Assembly: GCA_950097015.1 (NCBI GenBank)
Contig: CATNEN010000041.1
Span: forward strand, 2,232,001 to 2,296,000
Source of the DNA: Macrostomum hystrix
Lineage: Eukaryota > Animalia > Platyhelminthes
DNA length: 64,000 bases
Reading direction: 5' to 3'
Shown here: one piece after another, positions 36,701-50,700 of the stretch
How positions within the stretch are numbered: the first letter of the stretch is position 1
Layout: each line of letters begins with the position of its first letter
The notes under the pieces: generated by a model
Database searches by the model: none
Told to the model about the DNA's origin: nothing
What the model saw: only the letters and a program-made list of their open reading frames with translations
Program-made: the position numbers and the translations under genes

Positions 36701-38725
36701 TCGTCTCGGGGTTGGTGAGCTAAGCAACGCTATAGTTACTTCACTGCATCGAGACTTGATTGACGTTTCCCACAGAGTGTCCTCAGTCTTCAGTTTACTT
36801 CAATGGCCAGTGCTACTTTGCTACCAAGGAGCCACCGCGACACCGAACCCTCGGTCTGGAGCTCTGCCGTGGCATCCATTGGACCGACAGAGGACGCGTC
36901 TTCCTGCCGCGCTCCTTCGAGGACAACATCATCGTCATGATGGCTGCACTGCAGTTCTCAGGCAATCTCTCAAGCGTTTTTGAGGTTCATCTCGGGATCG
37001 AAAAGACAGGAAGCGACTGGGTTCGGGAGAGTGACTCATCAGCGCTGGCGTGGAGCCTGTGGCCAGCGGGGAAACCGATGACAAAGTATTCGTTGATAAC
37101 AGCCAAGTTGGGAAATCTCAGCTGGGTGGCCTCAATCGATGAGGCTAAGCGGGCCCACACTATCTGCGAAGTGATGCCTGGTCGGAGCTCTAATCATTAC
37201 TTTCTGCTATTTTCCCCTCCCCTGCAGCCTCAGTTTGAATCACTGAGGTTGGTAGGGCATCGCTCTAAATTATAAGCTATCCACCCTGAAAAAATTAATT
37301 TGCAGCGCGAAGGCGTAACAGAACATGCGAAGAGCCATACTTCTCGCCAGTGGTAGACAGGAGCTATGGAAGTCTGGCACCGGACGCAACTGCCTCGCTT
37401 TCACCTGTCAACAGCCTGTTCGATGCCGTCAAGAGCTGCTCCGAAAGCTCCGCCGCTTACGGGCTGCAGCTACGTGGTCAGACAGCCGGATCTAAGTTAT
37501 CAGCTCGTGAAAAAGGAGCTCCGCAGCTTCGTTTCGTTTAAGTCTGCAACTACTGGCAGCCACGTGGGATTGATTATCATTTGTCGCAGTGCGTAGGAGG
37601 TGCCATATTTTGGGATTTCTCATGATTAGGCGAGCTGTGATGCAAAATTGGGCTAAGAGGATTGATTTGGGAAATGCGAAAACATCTGTCTCGCACAAAC
37701 GCAGCATTCATAAGCGGCTCATTCTTTTTTTACGAACAAGGACCTGATGAGGCCTTAAGAAGCTTCACCGCTAGCCAGCTTGTCCCTTCTAAAAGCTCTG
37801 CTACAGGCCTGCCCCTGGCCAGTGCAACTGGAGACTTCTGGACTGGGAGCTCTGTTACGGTAGGCTTCGCCCATAACTTCTCAAACGCATGGTGATTACT
37901 GGAAAGGTCAATCGTACAAATTCATCGCAAAACTTCTTGACCGCAGCTGACTCTCTCAGCAAAGTACTTGCTGCTCAGCATCCGAGTTCTTTGTGCGAAG
38001 CAGGTCAGCGCCGCCAGTTTAAGACTGGAGTTTTATAACTACAACAGCAACCAGTGGGAACTGACGTCTAACGACCTCAGCTTGGGAAATCCGGTGAGAG
38101 AACCCCTTTTTTATTCTTAAGCCTCAGTCGATACGACAAGCCAAAGGACGGGGAAGAGATGATAGAGTAAATATTTTCCAACTTTTTTTGCGAGCTTCTG
38201 CTCAATTGAATTAATCGTAGATAAGTCGGGAAGATGGACCAGTTTGTCAAAGGGAAACTTTCATAGCTGGCTATATTTCCTTCATTGGCCTGTCTTCGTA
38301 AGACTTCTCTGCACAGCTTTAAAATAATTATATGCAAGCATATTTAACGAGATAACGAGTTCTTTCGAGCTACAAAGCGCGCAAGGGTGGCAGAGCGGTT
38401 ATCGCGTTTGCCTCTCGCACCAAGGTCCCTAAGTTCGATTCCACGGCGAGGGCACATTCATTTGGGGCGCAGCCGCGGAGAGAAGGCTTTGAGGGCTTGT
38501 CGTGCAATTTACGCCCTTAAGGGCCAACCTCCAAGGCAGTGAAGTGCACACTGCCTGACGATGAGAAAGTCAGGGCAGATGTACACAGCTGTGTGAGCGT
38601 ATGCCTGCGTACAGTATCTGTGTGCGTGTGTGCTCAGGAGTCAGCGAAATGGGCAGAATTGCCTCCTCGCTGGCTGTGGGTCTAGTGTCACCTAATGATG
38701 TACCATTGCCCGCAGCCCTCCTGCA

Positions 38726-38761
<36 letters not shown>

Positions 38762-41700
38762 ATTATTATTATTATTATTATTATACAAAGTGCGCTAGGT
38801 GAAATATTTTAATGAATAACTGACTCTTACAAACGTATATAGTATGTCATGCACTGTCATGTCACTTTATTATGCATTTCTGCAGGCACAGTTTAACTTG
38901 CCGAGCCATTCGGTTTTGCTGCCTGTCAACTATCTGGTAGTCAACGTGGCGTTTACGAATCTGCTGCGCATAAACAAATCATTTTCGGGCGGAATCAAGA
39001 TAGCGATATACGCAGCCTCAACTCGAATAAAGGGTGGGTAATTATGTTTTTCTTCTCACTGAATGTTTCAGAATGCATTCAGAAAACTAAAACTTTTTAA
39101 TGCACAGCGTTGAGACCTGTCCAGTGCAATGAAACGCAGTCAGTGGTGCTGGAGCATCCCTACCATGGAGTTGCCACGCTGCCCTGCTATCGAAGCTCCA
39201 TCGTCGTGTACCAGAAGCTCTCTCCAAACCTGGAGACCGGGCGAACTGCAGCCGACTACCGCACTGGCTTCGCTCTAAACCTACCTGCCATGGACTTCAA
39301 CTTCGTCCAGGCTGACCAGCTGAGCTTCTGGACTGGACTGGACTTCCTTGAGCAGTTTCCGTCCTACTTTGCGAGCCAGTGGCCTCTGGCTCTGAGGCTG
39401 GAGGCCACAAACGCACAGGGACTCGGCAAGTATGTGGAGTGCAAGGAGTGGTGGGTCGGGTCCCGCGCGGGCGCTTATCCGCTTCGCTTAAAAGGCTGTC
39501 AGTCAGGGACCCTGGACGAGTACACGGTTGTAGAGCTGGACAATGCTCAGTTCGGCCTTTTCTCAAGCCTAACGTGCGCTCAGCCGCTCTCTCCGTGGTG
39601 GCAAAGTCAGTGCGATGCGAAGAACTTTGTTAAGCTAACAAAAGATGCGAACAAAGCGCCGAGGTGGCTTCCAGACCTGTCCGATGACAGCGGCATGTCA
39701 GTGCGAATGCGACTGTTTTTACCGAGTATGCTTCCGGAAGGTGAGTATCAAGTACAGGTACGGAAACTTTAGCTAGAGTCTTTTTGCACCTAGAAAATGA
39801 TACATGCTTAAGGAAAAAACAGAAAGCTTGTAAATACAACTAGTCGAAAAGCGAGTACCTGTGTTTTGATCTAAACCCAATGTTTTTACTTGCGTACTAT
39901 TTTATGTGATTATATATAATCTTCCATTATGTAGATTGGGGAGCATCATAAAATGGTATAGGTCTTTCATACGAACCTAAATTATAATGGAATAGTTATT
40001 TAGCAACGAAAATACGAGCTAGTTAAATTTATACGCCAAATACTTCAGTCCGCTCTTGAACATGTACATACTCTTGAATAAAACATACTTCCGGATACTC
40101 TCGTACATCTGTATAATTAGAATTAAGCCCAGCACCGCTGTTCATACGAGATTCGATGCAATGCGCACTTAATAGTGAAGCTAACTAGAAGCTATTATAC
40201 TTCAAATTCAGAAACAGGATCAGGCGAGGTCAGCGACTCATGCACAATGGACGCTGAATGTTCTAGCGCTAATCGAACTGTGTGCGTCCCGCGTGGACCA
40301 TTGCTCACACCCCAGTGCGGATGTGCAAATCTCAAGGACCAGGGCTTGCAGGTCTGCAACATCACAATCGACATGAGTGTGGTATTCATGAATGAAACGT
40401 TTGAAACTGAACCTATTAGAGGGTTTACAAGTCACTACACGGCTACAATAAAGATGAAGCATCGAGCTGGAAATGCTGATATTCCAGATTCTTCACCCCC
40501 AAAAGGACTGGTCAAGTTCTTCGCATACTTTCTAAACAAGTCATCGACTGTATATCCCCCAGTCGAACCACAGCTGTACATCAAGCATAATCCTGTAGTC
40601 CTAACGGAAGGAGACCTGTACTCCGGGCACAAGCTTCACGAAGAAGTTTGAGTTTGATATCGCCGCTGACGTACTCACTCCAAAGGGGGGGCAGTGCTTG
40701 TCATCCTCGTTTCTGTGCATTGGCTTCCTCGCCACCGAAAATGAGACTGTGAGAGACATGAATCCCAATAATAATGCGTATTGCATAAACATTGACCGCA
40801 AGAAGGTCTGTCAGCCAGATGGAGACACGGAGTTGCTGAATCTCACTCTGCTCAATCTGAATCCCAACCCGATCGCCAGGCACCGGAACGTGACTGTCTC
40901 CTATGGTCTCAAAGTACGGGTGAACAATCTAACTCTTCCGATACTAAAACTGGAAAAAGAATCCAACTTCAATGTAACCTTGCATTTCACAACCAATGAT
41001 TGCAAAGCCTATGGAACAAACGAAAGTTATGTAAAGAAATGTCTTAACGCTGCTGTCTTGCAAGTACCATTGGCTGTCACCAATGAGGCAGTCTTCAAAG
41101 ATGGTTATTCCACTGACGATGTTGTATCTTTCAATGTGCGATCTGCTGTTTTCGAAATAAACCAAACGCATTGCAACATGACTACCCACTTGTGCGTTTT
41201 GTTCACCAATGCTTTAAACTCTACTTACACCGAGGTTATCATCAGCAACAACATTTTGTGCCATCATGTTGCGACATATTGTGACATTTGTAAGTGAATA
41301 TGAGAGTTCGTATTTCTTTGAATAAGACGTACGCGCTGAAAAAACAATAAACTAGCAGAGCTGTATGACATTTGCTTAAAAACTTTTGATTTTCTTTCTC
41401 AGTTTCAGACATTGCGCTAGACTCAATAACTCTACTTCCGAGTCCAAAGGATCCATGGCTTCCGGAGTATCGGCACAATGCATCCATGGCTTTCGTGATT
41501 CGCCACGCTGGAGGCTCGAAGGTTGATCCCGTAGTAGCGCCAAACATTAACTTTCTGCCAAAAGTTGTGCTTTACTTTCCAGAAGCTCCAGGCACATTTC
41601 TAAACATGGAGAGTGCGAACTGCAGTGACGATGACAAGCACCAGGGTCTGCAGCCAGGCGGTATTATCAATATGGAATGTCGTATACCATTTGTGCTCCA

Positions 41701-44700
41701 ATTCGATCAGTGCATGAGCTTGGTAACAATATGTGCTGACATGATCAACTGGGAAGGGCCGAGCTTTATCGACGAAACTCTGACGAACAACCGCCTCTTG
41801 TGTCAACGTGTCAGACGTTTTTGCTTGCGCTGGTAAGAAATCACAATTGAGAAGAAAATTTGATAAGCACAAGTTATTCAACTTCATTAGTTACTTCCAA
41901 GGCATGCTAAAGTTGAAGAACTCAACACTTGAAATTTATTATGAAACTATTTTTGAAGGCCACTTTAGAAAGGTAGCTTTTTCGATGGGACTTTCAAAAT
42001 GCACCCACCTTAGGCAGTAGCATTCTGGTCTTATTTATACATGCAGTTAACTTGCACTCTGTGCTTCCAAGATAGATACTACAGGGTATTGTTTAGCCTC
42101 GTAAAAGCAATTTTTTTTGTAAAAATTTGTAAAAACTATGGTGATACTGAGGTAAATAAAATAAAACTCAATATAGATGTGCACAATGTAACATACTCAC
42201 CAGTGCATAATAAATAACTTTCTTAATACAAAACGTTAGATTTGCTATTTCCTTTTCTGAAAAAATTGGGGAGAATTAACCTTAATAACTTTTTAAAAAA
42301 AAAACGGATATATTGCGTCCCGTAAATATGTTACTTTAGTCATCTTTCTAAATTCAACAGACTTTTACTTTAGAGACTTGATTTAATTATTCGAGCACTT
42401 TCATTCTGATTGGTGCAGCCATATTCACATTTGACTAGGTCTTCCTCTGCTCGACGCGGCAGTGAAGAACGATTTGTTTGTTCTACCGAACCGCGGCTAC
42501 ACTTTCACAGTATCTTGGACCCAAGGAACTTACATTGATTGTCAAATTTCATTGGAAGACAACATTAACATGCGGTGGAATTGGAAGCTAAATGGATCTC
42601 TGGACAATTTCTTAAATCAAACGGTGAACATCGGTTATCAATATTCAGCTCAGTACCGCGAATACAGCTTCAGTGTCTACTGCAGCAGCAACATCAGCGA
42701 GTTCAACAAAACAGGCACATTTCTAGTGAATCCATCTGCAGCCAGCGCTCTGAATATTGTGCCCATTTACAGCCGGTTGCCATCTCCCAACAATGTGACC
42801 TTCTTTTTTGGCATGCTAGAAGTCAAACCAGGATCATATCTAAAGATTACATGCACAATCACGTTTTACTCAACGCTTAAGAGTACTTATACAGACATAC
42901 TCGCGTACTATGACGATCCTCTCATGATATCGTACATCTACAATCCTGGGAAGTCTGTTGTTACCTCAACTGCGCAGTGCACAAATGCAGGAGGAACATA
43001 TACTAAAAACTACGAACTTCGACTTTACACACCGTTCGAAATTGAAGGTGTTGAAATCAAAGTGAAGAAAAGTGTGCTGCTTCCGGGTGAGCAGCTCTCA
43101 GCACAACTCTCAGTCCAGAATGGAACTGACGTCACTTACACTGTGAAAATATCTGACGGAACCAGAAAAGTGATAGTGCATCCAGAGCCAGTGTCGTACA
43201 CCCAACCGATAAATTTCGCATCATGTTTTCAACGCTTCTGGGGTATATGAGATTAACGTTCTAGCCTCGAGTCCGATGAATGAGGACAGCGCAACATTTT
43301 CTGGAGTAATCGTGCAAAATCCGTTAGTTTCTTTGAATCAGGTCGCATTTCTATTCGCCAAAACACCGCTCATTTACTTTCTGGTGACGCATACAGGAGC
43401 CAAACCATCCAATGTGACTTGCACCGTTTGCTTAGCGTCAGCGACTCACAGTCGATCAAATCAATTTGAAAATGGTTCAGCCACGACATCTATCGAAACT
43501 GTGATTCTGGCCTGCCCTCCGCAGCTCATTGCAGAAGAGATGATCTTGACAGTTCATTGCTGGAATCTGGTCAGTTCATACGCCAAGAACTCCACAGTGG
43601 TGTGCAATGAGCCAGTGGCCGGCCTCAGAGCTAATGCAAGCCTTGTTTATGCCGCGACTGGCCATATCGTGAAATTCACAATCCTCGTTTCCAACGGGAC
43701 ATCCGTGAAATTCACGACAAACTTTGGTGACTCGACACCAAACTCGATCGTCCAGCATCCTAGCAAGTACGCATCGATGAGCGAAGTTCAGTTGGAGCAT
43801 TCCTACTCAAATCCAGGAAACTTCACGGTCTCAGTGAACGCATCGAACCCTGTGAGTTCACAGACAGTTCAGATCGCTCCTATCGTTGTTCTCAATCAAC
43901 TGGTCAATGTGTCCGTCAGCTACACACAGCGGATTCTGTGTCCATTTGAGACTGCTCAGTTTTTCGTTAACAATTTGCCATCGGCTCAAGCCGAACTCGT
44001 ACTGTGCGACTTTCAGTTCTCCACATTTGGATCCAGGCGGATTTTTGTCCAAAGCCTTACAAGCAGCTCCAATGCATTGGTTGCCATTAGATATCCGGAA
44101 GAAGCAATTGGCACTCAGCTAGTCGGCATGTGGTGCAGGAACCCCGTCAGCACTGGTGGAGGAATCAGACGCAACTTCTCCCTAGTCTTGCTGAAAGATT
44201 CCGTTCGAATCGCGAACCTCACCACAAACGGAACAGTTTGGATCGGCAGACCGACAGAGTTTGTGCTTCACATGATCCGAGTGGCATACGAAACCTGTAT
44301 TGAGGTGTTTTACAACGAGTCACAGGTTCCCGGGAACATGTTTGGTGTTTCAGAGTGGTGCAAATCAAGTGCTGTTATGAGGAATGCAAGCTACGTAACG
44401 ATATATCAGTCGACTTTGACAATTTCCTGGAAGACATATTTCCCATCAACTGGCGAGATTCCTGTTTCAGTTTTTGCCTACAACAACGTCAGCAACGATT
44501 CAGCGCAAACATGGGCTATTGTGATTGACATTCCTTGTGACAAACCGAAGGTAAGACTGTTCGACTCTGCATCAACTCTTTTGCAGGCCTCATCTGTGCT
44601 GCAAAAAATGAAGTCAGAGCCTGTCAACTTGACTGCGATTGCTCAATATAACTGCTCAAAGCCGACCAACATGAGTATCCTCTGGACCGTGGTGTCAGTG

Positions 44701-47700
44701 CAGTCGTCTGCCCAGCTTCCACTCTGTACAAGCGGCGGCACTCACTGCGAGATACTGCATCGGATCCTACCATATGGACTGTACAATGTGTCATTCACTG
44801 CGGAACTGACGGCGGACCCTGCACTGAAGGAGACTGTGTGGATCTTGCTGAACATCACAAAGACTCCTTTGAGTCTTGGAGCGATTGTCGGTCTAGAAGC
44901 CGTGTCGTTCAATCAGAGTTTTGTGATGACCGCATCCATGTCAGCAAGAGATCTCGATGTCGAGGACGGTGATCTCAGCGGCATGACATTCCAATGGAGC
45001 TGCTCGAGACAAGGTGAAGCAGATTCCACCAGCATCATCAGTGTTCCCTCACAGAATGATGTCAGATCAATTTCTGTTCTGAGAGGATGCTTCGGCAATG
45101 GACCAGGAGTCATTCTCGTTGGGAATGCAAGCAGTGCGGGTTCTCTCACAGTCAACTCATTCAACCTATTTCCGAACGGAAGCTATGTGATCCGAGTTCG
45201 CTTGACGAAGGACAGCAGAGAGGTTTGGCAGTCGAAAACAGTGTTCGTCCAGTCACAGCAAAGGCCGGTTGGTCGTCTGAGCTGTAAGCAGAACTGTGAC
45301 GTCAAAGTTTTAGCCAAGAAGCCGTTCGTGTACAACATTGTGTGCGAGCAGAACTGTGGCCACAAGTTCTTTGATGTGAGCAGCAACTTGACGATCGCGC
45401 GCCTAGATGCCAAGGGAAACGAGCTAGAGTCAGCGGGTCACTTAGCAAACGGTCAGGAGTTGTCCGTTGCAGCCGGCACGTTGATCGAGAGCTCGTTCTA
45501 TCGTCTGAGAGGACAGATGTGGAATCTGGGTCAAGAGAGCACGGAGCTTTTTGCCAACGTGATTGTCAATGGTCCGCCTGTCGGTGGTCACTGTTATATG
45601 GATCCGTCTGGGGGTAAGTCGTGATGCGTGGTAAAGTGGGTTTCGTGCTTTGTATTCGTATTACTTCTCCTAGTTATTTTTTGCTTTTACTGCTTGCTAA
45701 GACTATCGTATTTTTTGGTGCCCTTTTCAAGAATTTGACGGCCTATTGTGAAGTAATTAGCTATAGTCCCTCTTATTGAAAGTATGTACGAGCGTAAGAA
45801 GCTAGAAATTACATCAAATGCAGTTAGATGTACTACTGCCAGTGGTACATCTGAGTTTATTTCACGGATATTCAAAGGCGGTGCACTTCACTGAACTATA
45901 AGTCGCAGTATGACATTACCGTTCAGTGTTATTTAATGTTGTTATTTAATGTTAGCTCGTACGCACACGAACTTGTCAGCACTGTGCGTGCACCGTTGCT
46001 GCTGATGTTTGTGTCTGTATCACGCGTGGCTTGCGGGCCATTGGGGTGGGCCGTATTTCTGGGCCCAAATCCTCACGGTCGGCCAAACCCTTATGTTCTA
46101 GACTACAACGACCATAAATATAAGGAGCCACGATTTCAAACTGGCTGTTCATTCGTGTGTTTTAATTCTGGCCTTCTTTCTGCCTTTCAGTTATTACACG
46201 CTGTAACTCGCAGGGGTCACTTAAACCAAAACTTCTACCCCTGCCAATGCTGGTATTCATTTCATAGCCTGGTGAACTGAAGCAGTGGTTAATCAGTGGG
46301 GTCATGAATCATGAAGGGGTCTCACTCAAGGATGCAGTTTTTTCTCTGGGCTGAGGTTCGGTCGGTAATCCGAAGCAACATTCACCGGCGAAAACCTACT
46401 CGAAAACCTAGCTTCATTCACTAGTTGATAATCAGGAATTTATGACACATTTAATTTCAGCAATTTCATTCAAGACCAACGTGCAGCTCGTCTGTACAAA
46501 CTGGACGGAGTTTGGTGCGACAGTGGCTCCCCTAGTTTATCGGTCAAAGCTATACGTATCTGAATCTGGAAAGCAATACGCACTATTCAATTCGCCCAGC
46601 GCTGTGAGCCCACGAGTGCTGCTCCCTGTTGACGAGCCTGGCACGGCCGTGGTCGAGTTCTCTGTGGCAGATTCCTTTGGCGCACAGCAAATGGTTAACG
46701 TCAGTTTTCAGGTATTGTCTGTGACATAAAAAAGAAAAAATCACTTTTTTAATCTTGATTTATTGCGTCTTTTTCTTCGTGAGATGACAAGTGAGGAGAA
46801 ATCTCCCACCAGGTTGTTAGTCCGAAACTGCTAGCAAGTGAGTTGACGGCACTGCTTGACAGTCTGCTGAGCGGGAACGACTCAGCTGTAGCCTTGTTTC
46901 TAGCGGTCGGCGACTATGAAACGGCTCTTATATCGATGAGGTCGATCGCCTCACTGCTGAATTCCTACAACGAAGACGGGGAGGGTCCCTCAGTCTCCCA
47001 AGAGAAGCGTGACGCCTTCAATCAGAAAATGGCGCAGGTGATTTAACAAGTTCGACTTTTACTTTTTTCAACTTAACTATGCTCTGTTAATTTCGCAATT
47101 TTAATGCGTATTTTTACTACTCTCTGACTCTTTGTCGTCTCTAATTCATTCAAGATGGAGCGAATGTTCGTAGGAATCGAACTAAATGCGTTCAGTTCTT
47201 TAAAAGGGAAATGGAACGAGAGCTTAGATGCCATTCTCGCTGATTCTTCAGTGGCGGTCCCTGTGGTGCCCGTGAGATCCGATTATGATCCGGGCACTCT
47301 GGTGCTCTGGTTCCATTTTCAACTTATTAGAAGTAGATATGTACTAATATGTAGTATTTAGTATCTACTAACTAATAATAAAAAAATAATAATAAAACGC
47401 AACCCGCCGGCCACGCAGTGGCCCGAAAAAGGGGGGAAAGCGTCAAAACGCGCTTAAGGGCTAGTTCGCGGACATGCTTCACTCCGTCAGCCTGGCTCGG
47501 GGCGCGCGCGTCGGAGAAGAGCAGGTCGATATAACGGGCCGATCGTCCCTGTCCGCGCCTGCGCGGTCCCTGCAGAGTCCACAGAAGCACATCCTGCAGC
47601 GGCTCAGGGCAGTAGGCCTCAGCCTTGATCACGTGCCCAGCCAGCCGCAGGCGCCAATGTCTCAGCAGGTCTGAAGGCCGCGTCAGTCGCGCTCGCTTGT

Positions 47701-50700
47701 ACAGTGAGTCGGTCGTCTCGCTTCCTGGGTCACGGTGGGCGCCAAATGCAGCGAGAAGCAGGTCCGGATGTGTCGCGTTGAGCTGCCCCTCGAGCGCCTC
47801 CGTCAGAGTCCAGGTCTCCGCATTACAGAGCAGCACGGTCTCAACGACCGCCTGGAACAACCTGGCGCTGTCCGTCAGCGCGCCCGAAAGCAGCACCGTG
47901 CGCACTGATCGAAAGGCGGCCCAGGCCTTGCCGCGCCGTCTCACCAATTCGTCGCTATACTAACTAAATAGATAAATAGGACGTGGCATGGTGCATATTT
48001 GTCTAGCTACGGTAGTAATCGGTACACATTTGTCATGCGATAGGGTTCATGTAGCTGTCAGAGTGTTTAGGACTTGAGCTAAAATACTCCGCCCTGATGA
48101 GAAAACAAAAGGCCAAAAAGCTAGATGCTCTCCTGACAGCTGTAACTTAAGCGAAAGAATCGCGAGAAATATTCTCACGGACTACTTAAGTAGATGGTTA
48201 GTGTACTTCCGAGCAGTAGAAATGGCAATTTAGTAGTCAGTTTTTGTTTACTCGTACTTTAATGTAGTCATATAAACACATTGTCTAATGTTAACTTTTG
48301 CACATACACGGCACAAAACTTTTGTTTAACCTTTACAGCTACGATGCCAGTTCCTTAACTTTGTCGCAGCCTTTCCCACGGATTCCAACTCTGGTCTGGC
48401 GATCGCCTCTAGTCTGCTGCTATCGGGAGTTGAAAGAAGCAGCCAGTTAGATCTTCCCGGACAGGTACACGCGATCCAGCAATGTTCCTCACACAGCCAA
48501 TCTCAGTTAATACAGTATGACAAGTGAGAAGCCAGTTTTAACTCCATTTAGTACCATTCCTTAATTTCTAGGAGGTGGCTGCAGGAGTGCTGCAAAAAGA
48601 TATTAGCGAAGCGTGGACTAAAGGCCGGAACTTATCGAAAGAAGAACGAGAAAAAATTCCAAATGATCTGCTGAACTCGGGCATAAACATTTGGAATGCC
48701 TCTGTTATTTGGACAAATAATAACACTGATCCTAGCGCAGTAAAGAGAGTCATGGTCAAGACGCTTGGATGCATCGACTCCATAGCACTCCTGGAGTTAG
48801 AGTTCAATAACAGTTTCACCAAATTCCGACCCGGCTTTGCACTGACTGGCATCACACAAGACGCTCAGAATGCGAATGTGACTGGGGCAACAATCGATAC
48901 TGACTTCGGCACCATCTCGCTGCCGAGGTTCACAGCGGATTTTTTATCAGGAAGATGCAGAATCACAGCCATGATAAGCACATCGAATCCATACTTTTGG
49001 AGCGCATCCGAATCTCCAGTCACAACATCGTATTTTCGTGGCCATTCTCAAGGATGCGCATTCCTGGACTTCCCATCACAAAAACGGTCAAAGCGCTCAG
49101 TTTCCTCAACACTGACCTATCAGCTCCAGCTTAAGTCGTCGAATGAGCCGCTTCTTCGAGTGCTTGGGACGCCCACTGACAAGTGGCTCATGATGTATCA
49201 CCACTTCGTGGCTACAGGAGACGCTGTTCAGCTTGTCGTTCAGCCTGATGCGAACAACCAACTAGAACTTTTTGTTAACGAAGGCACACTACCAGATCCT
49301 CAGAATCACACACTGTACAGATTGGTTCCGCAGTCCTTGAATTCGACCAGCGGCAAAGCGAGTACTCAGGAGCTCATTCTGCTTCCAGCAAGTCTCTTCT
49401 CAGTCAACCAGAGTGTGTTCATTGGAATGAGGAGGCTGGGCTGCTCAAGAGATCCATCAGGTACTCCCAACTGTGGCAACACCACCTTGTCCTATCAGCT
49501 GAGAATCTCAACCCAACTTTGCTACTCATGGGACAGCGTGGCCGAGGAGTGGCGAGTGTTGGAAGCAACAAGCTGCCAGGTGAGTGATCTGACACCACTG
49601 AATCACGTAACAGTTCTTGTGGATGACCAACTATTGGTAAGATTTAACTCTGTCTCACAGGCCAGCGACCAGACTGCGGTGGGAAGGCCGGCCTTCAAGG
49701 TTCACCTGTTCGGCAGCATCGGAGCTGGAATCTCATTTATGCCAAACACCATCAACTTCGGCAAGCTGTTTGAGAACTGGCAGGGCAAGCTGAGTGAAAG
49801 CAGGGCGGTGCTGTCAGTCGTGATCGCTCTGTGGGTGCTGTTCATTCCGCTGGCAGTGATCCTGAGGCGCATGGACCTCCGAGATGCACAGAAGGTGAGC
49901 AGTCGCTTCGACTGAGTCTGCCGCTCGGAATCTGGCTAATGCTCACTCGTTCACTTTTCAGTTTCGATTCTTGCCTCTAAAAGACGAGCAGCAGAGTAAG
50001 GAATTCGTCTACAAGATTGAAGTGTTCAACGGGTCTAACAAGGGAAATGAGGTTCCACTCGGAGTCTTTATCTCAGTCAAGGGACTCAATGCAAATCAGC
50101 TGGTGAGAACTCTGCACGATGGAGAGAGACGGGTGAGAGTTGTTTCAGTGCACCTTCAATGTACGATGATAGAGATTCAATTGCAAAATCTCAAGTACTT
50201 CGTTCATTTTTAGAACTTTTTGAGAGGAACTGTCGACAACTTCTTAATGACTGCCGATGAGCATCTCGGAGACATTCGGTTCATCTGCCTGACATACGAC
50301 AAGACAGAGTCGGGAGCAGGACGCTGGTATGTCGGTCGCGTGATCGTCACGGATTGCAGTACGGACTACAGATATGTCTTCCTGGTGGAAGACTGGCTGA
50401 GTCCTGGCGTCGATGCTTCAGTCAACTGCGCCTCCTCACTCGACCTAAAGTTCTCGAAGAACCTCGTTCGCAACCACCTGAGCAGAAGATTGCAGGACGA
50501 CCACATCTGGCTCTCAATGCTTCGGCGAAAGGTGGACACAAACTTCAGTAGACTGCAACGTCTTGGAGTGTGCTGGAGCTTGCTGTTCATGACGATGATC
50601 GCGAACGCCATGTGGTGAGTGTCAGGCTGGCTGGATTGACTAACGAGGTACAAGCGTATCTAACATGAGCTTTTAACGTATAAATCAGAGGAAATAAACA

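Noticed and set aside
46230-46300. GCTGGTATTCATTTCATAGCCTGGTGAACTG resembling a conserved invertebrate SINE central domain
   Set aside because: A single short match from memory, with no head, tail or second copy in the window to support it.
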